Under the pieces are notes generated by a model, which made no database searches, was not told the DNA's origin, and worked only from the letters and a program-made list of their open reading frames with translations. A stretch of DNA of 57,617 bases from a virus (taxonomy: Duplodnaviria > Caudoviricetes), in the IMG/VR virus record IMGVR_UViG_3300046011_006126, positions 1-57,617 of that record. One strand, given 5' to 3'. This document shows, piece by piece, positions 16,801 through 20,738 of this stretch. The position numbers were made by a program, and so were the translations under genes. How positions within the stretch are numbered: the stretch's first letter is position 1; every line of letters starts with the position of its first letter.

Positions 16801-18414
16801 TGAGCCGTCCTGAGTTTCAAAAGCGTTTTCCTCTTGATTAAACCGGACCGGCGTACCATCGCTTAATGTATGAGTTGGAACAAAGCTTACTTCTTGGGCG
16901 GGCGTTTGCCCGGTTTCTTGCAGGCCATTAGGCTCTCCTGTTGGGGCTAAAGGGCTTGATGCGGGATCTTGTTGTCCAGTTCCGCTAATTTCTGGCGAAA
17001 CAATGCCTTCTGCTGGTTGTACTCCGCCAGCTTGTTCAGTTTGTTGTTCTGGAAACTGGGCTTCAGTAGTCGCTTGATCATCGATAATTTGTTGCGCAAG
17101 GGTTGCATACTCGGTTTTTTCTTCGGGGGTTAAGTCTCGTTGCTCGGCTTGTATCTCGATTTCAGACAGTCGGCCAAAGATTTCATCCTGGCTGATTGGG
17201 CTTGTACCCGTAGCTGCTGCGGGTTGTGCTGCGGGCATAACTGGTGCAGCTTCGGGTGTAGCAAGGTCAATAGGTTGATCTTGCCCGGTGAATGGCTGTT
17301 GATTGACTTGTTCTGCTGATGGTTGTGGCGCTACATCTTTTGCCGGTGGTGTATTGATTGCACCACCTACGCCGCCCATAACAGCACCGCCCAGCGCACC
17401 CAGGCCAGCCGCATCAATGGCTTGCTTTCTGTTTTCGTCGCTGAATGGATCGTTACCTTTACCCCATTCTTCCGCCAGGGTTTGTCCGTACTCGGTTAAT
17501 CCCTCTGCGGGAGCCGCGCCAATGCCAGCAATACCACCCCTAGCCAGTCGTGAGCCTATATCCTTCTTGCCGGCCAGACCTTTAACCAGGCTGGATTTGC
17601 CAGTCAGAATATCCAAGCCAAGTTTGTCGCCTAAAAACTCCATGCTGCCAGCGGCTACGGTTGCACCAAAGGCCCGCGCCAAATCATCGCCGGTTAACTT
17701 TCTGCCCTCTGTGTCTGCTTTGTCGACCAGGCCGCCACCAATCTCGCCGCCTTCCATGCCAAACGCATTGGCACCGATGGCCGCAGTTGCTCCCATTCCA
17801 CCAATTCTTTCAGCGACATTTCTAACCGCCATTTGCTGAATCATGTCAGCAGTCAATTCGCCGCTGGCCACTTTTGCAGCCTCGATGCCTGCTAATTTGC
17901 TGGCTTCTGTAGCGACCATCTTTTCTGTTAATTGCTGAGCCGCTACTTTAGCGCCGGCTTTTGCTGCAACACTACCCAGGCCCGCAGTAGCCAGCATTTG
18001 TAAACCTTGCCCACCAGCATAGCCAATGCCGTAGCCCATCCAGTCGGCCAGTGCGCCTAAGTCGCCCTGCTTGGCTCTATCCCATGAATAGGTTAATGAG
18101 TCTGTTGGTTGGCTGTGTTCTTCAAGTGCTTTGCTTTCTGCGCGATAGTTTTCAAGGCCGTGCTTTTTAATGCCCGAGCTAATGCCGCCCTCGCCTAATA
18201 AGTTTTCGCCGGTCGCGCCTAATGCCGCCTCAACACCATAGGCCAGTTGTGGAAGTTGTCTAAAGGTATTTTTAAAGCCGCGAGTGATATTGCCATCTTC
18301 ATCCGGCTTTTTAGCGTCTGTCGATAGGCCGAAATCTGGATCGGTTGACAGGTATTCGTTGTCGCCGCTTGAATCTAATCCGAAGTTTGGATCAGTTGAT
18401 AAATAGTCTGACAT
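1885..18414 (-). CDS. Giant polyvalent (DarB-like) virion-injected protein, ~5509 aa
   Basis: Single ORF; probable start ATG 18414 after GGAG. Motifs: MTase QQFSTP/EPSAGTG/NPPF (~11.4-12.3 kb); Strawberry-notch helicase GDGTGVGKGRE, FDEAH, SATG, QGFGRSHRTNQ (~8.7-11.05 kb); JAB HNHPSG..S..D (~7.4 kb); HELTH peptidase (~6.54 kb); GNAT-like QGGYGSAIY (~5.9 kb); ART-like WFGDSKVVD..PLVVYHGT (~4.7-5.3 kb); LPD38-like C-terminus. Confidence 0.93.
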   Translation of the reverse strand: MSDYLSTDPNFGLDSSGDNEYLSTDPDFGLSTDAKKPDEDGNITRGFKNTFRQLPQLAYGVEAALGATGENLLGEGGISSGIKKHGLENYRAESKALEEHSQPTDSLTYSWDRAKQGDLGALADWMGYGIGYAGGQGLQMLATAGLGSVAAKAGAKVAAQQLTEKMVATEASKLAGIEAAKVASGELTADMIQQMAVRNVAERIGGMGATAAIGANAFGMEGGEIGGGLVDKADTEGRKLTGDDLARAFGATVAAGSMEFLGDKLGLDILTGKSSLVKGLAGKKDIGSRLARGGIAGIGAAPAEGLTEYGQTLAEEWGKGNDPFSDENRKQAIDAAGLGALGGAVMGGVGGAINTPPAKDVAPQPSAEQVNQQPFTGQDQPIDLATPEAAPVMPAAQPAAATGTSPISQDEIFGRLSEIEIQAEQRDLTPEEKTEYATLAQQIIDDQATTEAQFPEQQTEQAGGVQPAEGIVSPEISGTGQQDPASSPLAPTGEPNGLQETGQTPAQEVSFVPTHTLSDGTPVRFNQEENAFETQDGSLFDPDGYEKPLENIDANNPTGSSTEVDQRADSGNPLVETASVGTGSSNQPGISGVNAGGTGGNAGPVPAQTDQPGNPIDRGTLDETQTGGTATGNSQGIIAGERGSVEQGAISPTGEQATAGDGGIHQDQPIAGENKLSKDFIPAGTVFDYVIGDGANQKTRRFLFNKDIDLSKYGRDSWVEDEVFIGNGEGSVPNNKGSIPIDLVRQIVGKRLSEIPDESAPSQPESKENLSRLLPVERERVARIDSRLSEIEAQLPTRTGPVQASLQREADKLRDERNGIVAKTEPAKTAKTPNQSRLKPFDDTRLSENVDTLKAMADNAGWAQEGGRLIIDSTGKKSRTTWIPKADWYLEIPKDSRLNAVDTVAAVQKAINGEPMGAKERRSVSAMLDHIDNIGSNERPVDTGSDYETSPADDPEAIIERQAIIEADNLAPDLEDDDIDLLLEALFNGSTGTSITETDLDAIFGPEIQAGAVSPSDEEAQRTGKAGSGTQGSGKTGKAEAEQRRDGEPEIERGSEESDKTRKQASGGISAEAQAAADKFKANPQAIINDLTSRGKIKALYEAANVMAAAGFKDLPMADKVAAYVKMVTGETIPGAPKPKGKPVETDLFVNSDAEQQALDTQQAIADIAAAKDAKRKGDGKEPPALFSDNADMAGQVDIADIPAQSEEQILIAKKESIAQAIAEEVIKQQNLADKAWREGKKAPKQSDRVKLAATFGITSEGWGPFDMAFGHGVNVMTKARLGMDGSRANAADIAKAVIDYIDSIKQPSNTQATNGAELTENSESQSNNDQAFGAKWDAMDYGQRQSIAQASDLGGMRAVVHRLSGSKWKEVSPGERKSMIAGEKALSDKGVGGKRPVSKDAPGTHINGDMEREQADRLTLVAKQVRDQNRIDRNTKEGNAIRTLETVADELRNKKTIISYIPMLEKASSDLYGQFTPVSELIDQIVEILQGGGNTEEVPGKSTGEFDQAELDAERFKDNKIFTADKVAAARERLKAKLGTLNSGFDPELALDGMVLAGAYIEAGAKSFADYTKAMVADLGEGVRPYLRSFYESVRAYPGMDKKDMTSHAELEAADRWGVHHGEMWSFDGKPAREVSYVTEHSIGFKTRDDAGKMDISIGNFSQYKNTRWQRVEDSGKEKSPFQNEESSARKFVVTDGKQSGWMMVTTETGKQVARFKVFDGRAKSIEQYHDNKETVDAVVKAINDYIASIPAPVIGQSPKVEKQKFDPLGNLKLKADWGVEHIDGYDSERDDGKGGKIKTEFLNNTKKYLNQVADLLTKDGFSPYTDKKGKAEKPVVANEGGPAGSGDVYLAMQKGNSAIYIQVGVSTVSAGGKSHPQGVAIMARYASNPVVKDKSANRGTNNWLPWDISTAELAKWAATQVGRMEDNAKFEEEHTSSKVIKTIPIAEDNLEINIARINGGREFSVSIKDNDSGLTMDGMRIFNTVDKAEKYAQELFEKSTPKSGKEESPFQKPELSEKEATSARIKLADALAEILISEAGFTSKQLTDAADKAFGGTQAQGRYTAKDAYDAMEAAVNLYLMNTEKADWSQQNARWAANKAKELNNLIQALPTQTKRDEEMDEFQQFSTPPALSFVANWVANVTDQDTMMEPSAGTGDLAVWADIAGAKLILNELSARRIELLRPLFPGARIFNENAEQLNNILPKDAIPTVVVMNPPFSSTAGRIKGQRDTMNGAKHLEQALARLPDGGRLVAIVGNGMADGKPAFKKWWSNIGKKYNVRANIGISGKEYAKYGTTFDNQILVIDKTGATTQPILTGQVESVAELPKLLEGIKNDRTRPTQQAASQSAGSNNTSTQQGNIQPADGTRNNGTSQDSGGTQPTGRLPGDTSAGAANNGTQSQAGKGNEPADGNGGRGQSDTGAATGKPGGSSQLDTAGNSTGNSSTGSVTVESVNNQADFTDSIFSNYQPQRLSIPGAKPHPGNLVQSSAMAAVEPPAPTYRPSLPKSVIEDGKLSIAQLETVVYAGQAHSEMLPGEKFRRGFFVGDGTGVGKGREISGIILDNLQQGRDKAIWVSFNKGLMKDAKRDFEGVGGDPALIFAPGSAKDELKRDKGILFVPYTTLRGGEKKKATDLGQEAGKSRVQQIIDWLGPDFDGVIAFDEAHSMGNAIAMKGKRGNKKPSAQALAGIELQNALPNARVVYVSATGATEISNLTYANRLGLWGEGTPFANPSAFINNMSQGGIAAMELISRDMKAMGMYIARSLSYDGVTYERLEHELTDLQEDIYNELAGAWQIVLNNITEALEATNQGSNGDAKGATMSRFWGAQLRFFGQIITTMSMPSVLESINKQLNDGNAVLIQLVNTNEAAQERMVADAVANEIELEDLDFTPREMLMDYIRTGFPVQQFIEGTDDNGNIISVPATDSNGNPVFNAEAVAMRDKLIETLKQIRVPGNPLDEIINTFGSANVAEVTGRGRRFVQTRDKEGNLKVVEEKLGKTSSEKDAEAFQDDKKQILVFSGAGGTGFSFHADNTAKNRRKRIHYILQAGWRADSAVQGFGRSHRTNQAQPPHYILPVLNMKAQKRFISTVARRLDQLGALTKGSRDANTQGMFGASDNLESEYASTGLDNFFQDLAAGRIPGLDFEETTGQMGLNLKDKDTGQFSRNKVPTIPQFLNRMLSLKTDIQNKVFDAFEQRMIEAIEYAKQRGFYDDGMKTLTAKSIVKTRDDVAYTDKKTGTITRYVEVDAVNDIDYRSWSDVKAMKQELEDRKEFSGFYEVLQGRRKGQVFMMRNRGTRIDSEGKTTHRGTIYGIVDGSASYIDDAEVIERGWDYKTHQGRYQKMDLYKKLSDAEAKALWESNVEVAPKTRTVKGRMLVGVILPIWDRVVGSATIYRMMTDDGEQLLGRFLDSDDAAKTLKNLGLDSGVSKLSADAIIARIKAGATAILGNGYAIKKAMVNYEPRLEVIPKGWFSEADKSIFKNQGGFVERIQFQDRFFLPIDSIEAFKRFTDSRPVVELLGGKSVDVETPKARYSNEYQKDLFGDSLPEKTGEINQQPANKRNVVATKKLRTQDESIGRFSTRTAVVSETTKLIGVEKIETPRDAAAAIVDLGVSAVERFYAIVTDKDNKPLAVVGSFKGTIDGASVYPAVITGEAFRIKGAANLWLVHNHPSGKPDLSNADRNITQKIQAAFDGTNIKVNGILATTPKGFYTYENPNPSSDDYDSGRVARLDPVMKIPVVDRVIVADEKLGMDITNPDKAKRIAAQVANGETGIVLLDNQNYPVGFVAISPEQMAKVKNTGMMEAIYRALSVSNTASAIIFDPSGEVKSPQYQNIGAFLKGIDINVLDAIVGDTAAAEMGFPLWSGSFLSKGNKSTISQGIPVNNLQKLVDKVAGEYKGLPTVRVLESIDQAPKALQDIVAAQGASETVEGAMHNGEIYLFANNLANIDRAEFVLAEHELTHIGLRGVLGDGLNREMNKIYRDNAKVRKLATQYQKQSPVSDAVATEEVLADMTADELAGLKGWRGIVQKMADWFRSHGFSRVADMLTSNETKAQLYAAELVKAARDYVKTNSRDDSWDTRLSTTEATTLNVLHEITKDDDVFRHPVSGKKDLLGIMGEVFPKATYAYDNFGAGKKITVFDTPTGRRFWVFEENGKIWIDVSNLKQGGYGSAIYAAVGNYAHNSGQQFIGDPSGLSADAVLRRTNAMLSLALKFKSTDFLGSSPEQAKGDTSKGVKPLQWGESYEQNILNLIDTIVSTVEKNVPAIRSTRYDFNTGHYTSDFGRIREGSWLDGIAASEAARNIRAGESTLRRAIVLKSIASSSPSEKSKILRKLETVDGLARSGLDSLLSRGNMPTTTQTPLPEGQTTITVDGVERSTLNSNGQAIHPTVEGVENFWRWFGDSKVVDESGRPLVVYHGTNADFYEFKSGIESAGHTIGAGKSKAHFFTDDPSTASGWALAAAPRQNNGPIKAKDGDYWKSGKTVYPVYLKIESAIEFDAKGNSYDKIPMSKSPYSLVEKAAKQKKDGVIIKNMNDSPVPGWGGNWRSTQYAVISSTNIKSAISNTGEFNPSNPDIRLSRGNLTSNTPGVIGSLRAKLQDLTSPETIDKLIYEFQDKYIDLKRLRDHIKNIGGTVSDLNDAYEGETRYHGRLAKRTKDFLNDELKPLLAGLRNNNISIEEFERFLHARHAPEANAEMAKRNPSRDEIDTEQQRTKDAVIDLQGKLLLARKNGSATKSLNDALEVAQQEKAKWQGTQAFKGTEQERLSLSGMSDAEASMVINNLSPGKRIQMEALAIQVDAITTKTLDELERYGLQSRESLDAWRSSYKHYIPLHRDEAHPDSNSHPIGQGFSTKGDASRSRVGSNAKVTHILGHIAMQRESALTRGEKNSVMKRLYLMARQNPLPDYWKTDKVPTIKVLDKHGFARTTVDPLFKQRPNVLMLRIAGKDTAIVFNENNPGAARLAQAMKNLDVDDLHYIIPFIGKGTRWLASVNTQYNPIFGVINLMRDVQTGALNLSTTRMAGHQSEVMAHTMTILNEVLKNNGRMPKSGPWARLYNEFETVGGTTGYRDLFLNPEDRSKELLKEIESLDRGKISKAAHAITDWLSDYNEAMENSVRLAAYKTGRDNGMTKERAAVMAKNLTVNFNRKGRQTRELGALYAFFNAALQGTTRMNETLSGPAGKKIMTGGIMLGAINAMVGMAMMGGGDDDNWEKIPEFIKERSIIIPISGEDYLTIPMPLGFNFLPNIGRIAVEVAADGGKDMGKRMASLAGVIADAFNPMGSSSSFSQMLTPTVLDPVVSLWENKDWTGKKIYREDFSNLDPSPGFKRSKATATPWGKGAAWFANAATGGTDYAPGALSPTPDQIDFVIGQLTGGIGREVSKTAEVLASPFSNEELPAYKIPLAGRLYGNTRGQAGQSDQYYENLLKSNIAENEIKGRIKEGKSIDDFEKQNPNAMDMMIEGNVAEKVIGKLKDKRLMMIQEGVSKSLVKEVNQEITDEMKAFNKKMREFK
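5382..5606 (-). CDS. Overprinted +1-frame gene inside giant gene (74 aa, helical, HTH-like start)
   Basis: AGGAG-tacacgat-ATG; MTSILDITPQTSEEFAKEVGLTVSQLRKQQEIYAQAKARCVELL... Confidence 0.6.
   Translation of the reverse strand: MTSILDITPQTSEEFAKEVGLTVSQLRKQQEIYAQAKARCVELLSSSPLHQARQARNPKYFENLKPSMGWPEVD
7641..7814 (-). CDS. Possible overprinted +1-frame gene inside giant gene (57 aa)
   Basis: GAGGT-atagca-ATG; product MNTKKTCSVILYLRKQERL... is less protein-like than the other nested ORFs. Confidence 0.3.
   Translation of the reverse strand: MNTKKTCSVILYLRKQERLTSNPQTSGTWSPPKSYEHKTSQSADSQPAPLLFQKRQS
11061..11408 (-). CDS. Overprinted +1-frame gene inside giant gene (115 aa, globular-looking)
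   Basis: GAGGG-tattaaaa-ATG; amphipathic helical product, while the main frame here is G/S/T/Q/N low-complexity linker between MTase and helicase. Confidence 0.7.
   Translation of the reverse strand: MTEHAQLNKLPVNRQAAIILRRNKETFNPQTELAIMALARIAAERNQLDVYREIPQPELLITALNHKPEKAMSLLTETEDGDKVTLGQLPENLAEAANWILLEIAREIAARDQLP
12374..12402. repeat. Palindromic site, copy 1 (TCTGGAAAGG-N8-CCTTTCCAGA)
   Basis: ttctggaaagg ggattcct cctttccaga; encodes SGKEESPFQ in the giant protein. Confidence 0.85.
13361..13390. repeat. Palindromic site, copy 2 (TTCTGGAAAGG-N8-CCTTTCCAGAA)
   Basis: Perfect 11-bp arms, spacer ggatttct; direct repeat of 12374-12402; encodes SGKEKSPFQ. Confidence 0.85.
15207..15452 (-). CDS. 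Overprinted +1-frame gene inside giant gene (81 aa, basic helical)
   Basis: GAGG-cattattca-ATG; KREQFRQAMKKLSALERQGVVLREAVRRG...; main frame is G/S/E/K linker. Confidence 0.55.
   Translation of the reverse strand: MDQQEQALQKQTSTPSSGQKSKREQFRQAMKKLSALERQGVVLREAVRRGRLKLNNDGTGSQKLNAALKRAIKHASKPAVE
16386..16550 (-). CDS. Overprinted +1-frame gene inside giant gene (54 aa, coiled coil)
   Basis: GAGG-aacattag-ATG directly after the TAG of the 16551-16757 ORF; MKLKLAEQRPGIVRELLRENVDLSNKVQYLLQENKRLLAMVEFTRTNLLPEKIN. Confidence 0.6.
   Translation of the reverse strand: MKLKLAEQRPGIVRELLRENVDLSNKVQYLLQENKRLLAMVEFTRTNLLPEKIN
16551..16757 (-). CDS. Overprinted +1-frame gene inside giant gene (68 aa, coiled coil)
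   Basis: GGAG-aacatcg-ATG; MPIIPPEAAQKLINEQIQEIHLLRQRVSELEAAINQEYQELMREELAEMLDQY... Confidence 0.65.
   Translation of the reverse strand: MPIIPPEAAQKLINEQIQEIHLLRQRVSELEAAINQEYQELMREELAEMLDQYPHKLINPVIQSIEEH
16887..16928 (-). CDS. Overprinted +1-frame basic micropeptide MACKKPGKRPPKK
   Basis: AGGAG-agccta-ATG GCC TGC AAG AAA CCG GGC AAA CGC CCG CCC AAG AAG TAA. Confidence 0.45.
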   Translation of the reverse strand: MACKKPGKRPPKK

Positions 18415-18451
18415 ACAGGGCAATCTCCATAGGATATGCCCCGCATTTTCT

Positions 18452-18462
18452 GAGGATAGGCG
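18452..18462 (-). promoter_or_regulatory. Late promoter motif CGCC-TATCCT-C upstream of giant gene
   Basis: Same motif recurs at 31001, 32445 and 38971, each in an intergenic gap before a late gene. Confidence 0.65.
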
Positions 18463-18474
18463 ATTAACGCCAAT

Positions 18475-19581
18475 TTAATTACTATCTCGCTTCCAGCCTT
18501 TGCCATCCCATACAGCCGGCGTGCCATTGATTACCCGCTTTGTACCTGGCGGTAATTGAGATTGCTTGGTTTGGATAGCAGTCTGTGCAGGCTTGATAGC
18601 GCCGCCCATCGCTTCAGTAATCGATGCGTTGGGATTTGCGGCTAAAAACTTAATAAAGTTTTGGCGGTTTTCCGACACTTTGTCGGTATTGCGCCCCATA
18701 GGATCTACTGGATACAACTCATTAGCCATACCAATCTTCTGCTGGGTTGTGAGTTGTCCAACAGTTTCCAGTTCCTTGCGCGTCTTTTCGTTTTCAAGCT
18801 GGGCTTTTTCAAGCTCTGCTTGCGCCTTGGCGGTTTTGGTATCGTTACCACCATAGAACATCGACTGCGTTTGCAACACCTTGTTGTCAATACTGACCTG
18901 GTTGCCGTTTCTGGTTAATGGCATAGCCTTGTTGTCGTCGCTGTAACCAAATAACTGCGTCTTGCCGTTGACGTTTTGCGCGGTAATGCGCTTGTAATCC
19001 TGATCACCAAAACCACCGACCATGGTTTTAATATTATCTTTCTGGTCCGTAACGTCCACCATGCCGTTTTTGTCCGGTTCGGCTGTTGTCAGATAATGCC
19101 CAAACTTAGCCATAGCAATCGGGATTTGCTTCAGCTCTTGCGCTTGCTTATATTCCTCGTCTTGCCTTTGTTGATCAGCCGCTTGGCGTTCTGAAGCCGC
19201 TTGTGCGCGTGCATCCTGACGTTGATTTAACTCGTTGCTAATGCCTTGCTGCGCAAGCGTTGCGTCAAACCTGCGATTGTCCTGGTCAATTCTCTGTTGA
19301 GCTATGTCATTGGCTACGCCTTGCTGCGCTACAGTAGCGTCTATCTGCTGCTGATGAATATCGGCATTCATATTAGCCTGTCTGCCATGCTCAGCAAGCT
19401 GGCCTTTTTGTACCGCTAATGCGCCTGCTGTATGCTCTCTCGCTGAAGCAATAGCGTTAGCGCCTTGCAGCGCAATTTGATTTAACTTTCTTTCATTGTC
19501 AGCGTCTTTTTCATCCTGCGTTTCAGCAAGCTGATAATGTCTAAATTGCAGGGGTGTAAAATTTCCTAGTTGAATTGCCAT
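18475..19581 (-). CDS. Putative internal virion/DNA injection protein
   Basis: 368 aa Q/A-rich helical protein between the tail genes and the giant protein. Confidence 0.6.
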   Translation of the reverse strand: MAIQLGNFTPLQFRHYQLAETQDEKDADNERKLNQIALQGANAIASAREHTAGALAVQKGQLAEHGRQANMNADIHQQQIDATVAQQGVANDIAQQRIDQDNRRFDATLAQQGISNELNQRQDARAQAASERQAADQQRQDEEYKQAQELKQIPIAMAKFGHYLTTAEPDKNGMVDVTDQKDNIKTMVGGFGDQDYKRITAQNVNGKTQLFGYSDDNKAMPLTRNGNQVSIDNKVLQTQSMFYGGNDTKTAKAQAELEKAQLENEKTRKELETVGQLTTQQKIGMANELYPVDPMGRNTDKVSENRQNFIKFLAANPNASITEAMGGAIKPAQTAIQTKQSQLPPGTKRVINGTPAVWDGKGWKRDSN

Positions 19582-19584
19582 AAC

Positions 19585-20514
19585 TTACCCCGTCCATCCA
19601 AATCTTGCGTTTTTTATAAATTTGTCTCTTTTGGTTAGCTTCGCTTCTAGCTGCTGCTGAATGTCAGCATCTTGACGCGCATTCTCTTGCTGCTGTTGTC
19701 CAAGTTTCAAAGCCTCTGCCCTGCGGTTTTCTGCCAAGCTGAGCAAGTCTGAAACGCCAGCCGCCCTCGCTTGTCCAGCGCCAATCTTGGCATCCATGAT
19801 TGATTTGTTTGCATCAATCAAGCCGCCCCTGGCTTGCATGATTTGACCTTCCATAGCGCCCTTGTCAGCCAGCAATCCAGCATAAATACCCTGTCCTCTC
19901 TGCTTTGCTTGAACGTCCTGGTTGTACTGTGTTCTCCAATTACTGTAGGCTTTATTACCCGCATCGGACATAGCAGACGCAACGCCCAATGACGCTGCTC
20001 TTGATGCGCCCTTGTTGGCGTAAGGGTTCATGCCCTGGCTTTGCTGCTGCTGCTTTTGCTGCTCTCGCTGCTTTTCAAATGCAGCCATCACATTGCCTTG
20101 ATACTCTTCTCGGGTTCTGGTTGCGCTTGGATCGATATTAATGCCATCCATCATGGTTGGCTTAATCTCGTCCAGGGTTGTGCCATATTCCTTGATATAG
20201 CCCTGCATGTCCTCAATGTCGCCGGTCAATGCTTCCATAATGGGCTTGGCTGCGTCACCAAACTCGGTGGCGTATTGCTGGTATCCATCATAGATGCCCT
20301 GTAACTGACTCACATATTGCTGACTGGTTGCGTCGTGTCCAGCCATAATGGCATCAAAAGCGTCCGCCGCTTTTTTATCCTGAACTCCACTTTCGACATA
20401 GTTATAGTTATACGTGCCCCTGAAGTTTCCGCCAGAGTCGGAACTCATATACTTGTTGCGGGATTTCATTTGTGGCCCGCTACCAAAGCTAAAGTAATTG
20501 CTGTAGGTACCCAT
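19585..20514 (-). CDS. Putative internal virion/DNA injection protein
   Basis: ~309 aa from MGTYSNY after GGGGA; Q/A/G-rich helical composition; position in the injection cluster. Confidence 0.6.
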   Translation of the reverse strand: MGTYSNYFSFGSGPQMKSRNKYMSSDSGGNFRGTYNYNYVESGVQDKKAADAFDAIMAGHDATSQQYVSQLQGIYDGYQQYATEFGDAAKPIMEALTGDIEDMQGYIKEYGTTLDEIKPTMMDGINIDPSATRTREEYQGNVMAAFEKQREQQKQQQQSQGMNPYANKGASRAASLGVASAMSDAGNKAYSNWRTQYNQDVQAKQRGQGIYAGLLADKGAMEGQIMQARGGLIDANKSIMDAKIGAGQARAAGVSDLLSLAENRRAEALKLGQQQQENARQDADIQQQLEAKLTKRDKFIKNARFGWTG

Positions 20515-20516
20515 TT

Positions 20517-20738
20517 TTATTTCCCCTGCTCTTCGCAATCTGCATCGGTTGGCGAAAGCTTGCAGCGTATTCTCTTTAGCTCGCTTGCAATCACCGCCAA
20601 CTGATCAGCCATTTCATTGTTAATGGCAATCATGTTTAATCTGTAATTCAGCATTTCAAGGTACGCCAACTCTCTATCTGTAGTTGAGTATCCGAGGATA
20701 GGCGAAATAATCAAAGCTATGAAAATTATTAGCCTCAT
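20517..20738 (-). CDS. Small exported or membrane protein
   Basis: MRLIIFIALIISPILGYS hydrophobic N-terminus; ATGA overlap with tail gene stop. Confidence 0.6.
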   Translation of the reverse strand: MRLIIFIALIISPILGYSTTDRELAYLEMLNYRLNMIAINNEMADQLAVIASELKRIRCKLSPTDADCEEQGK

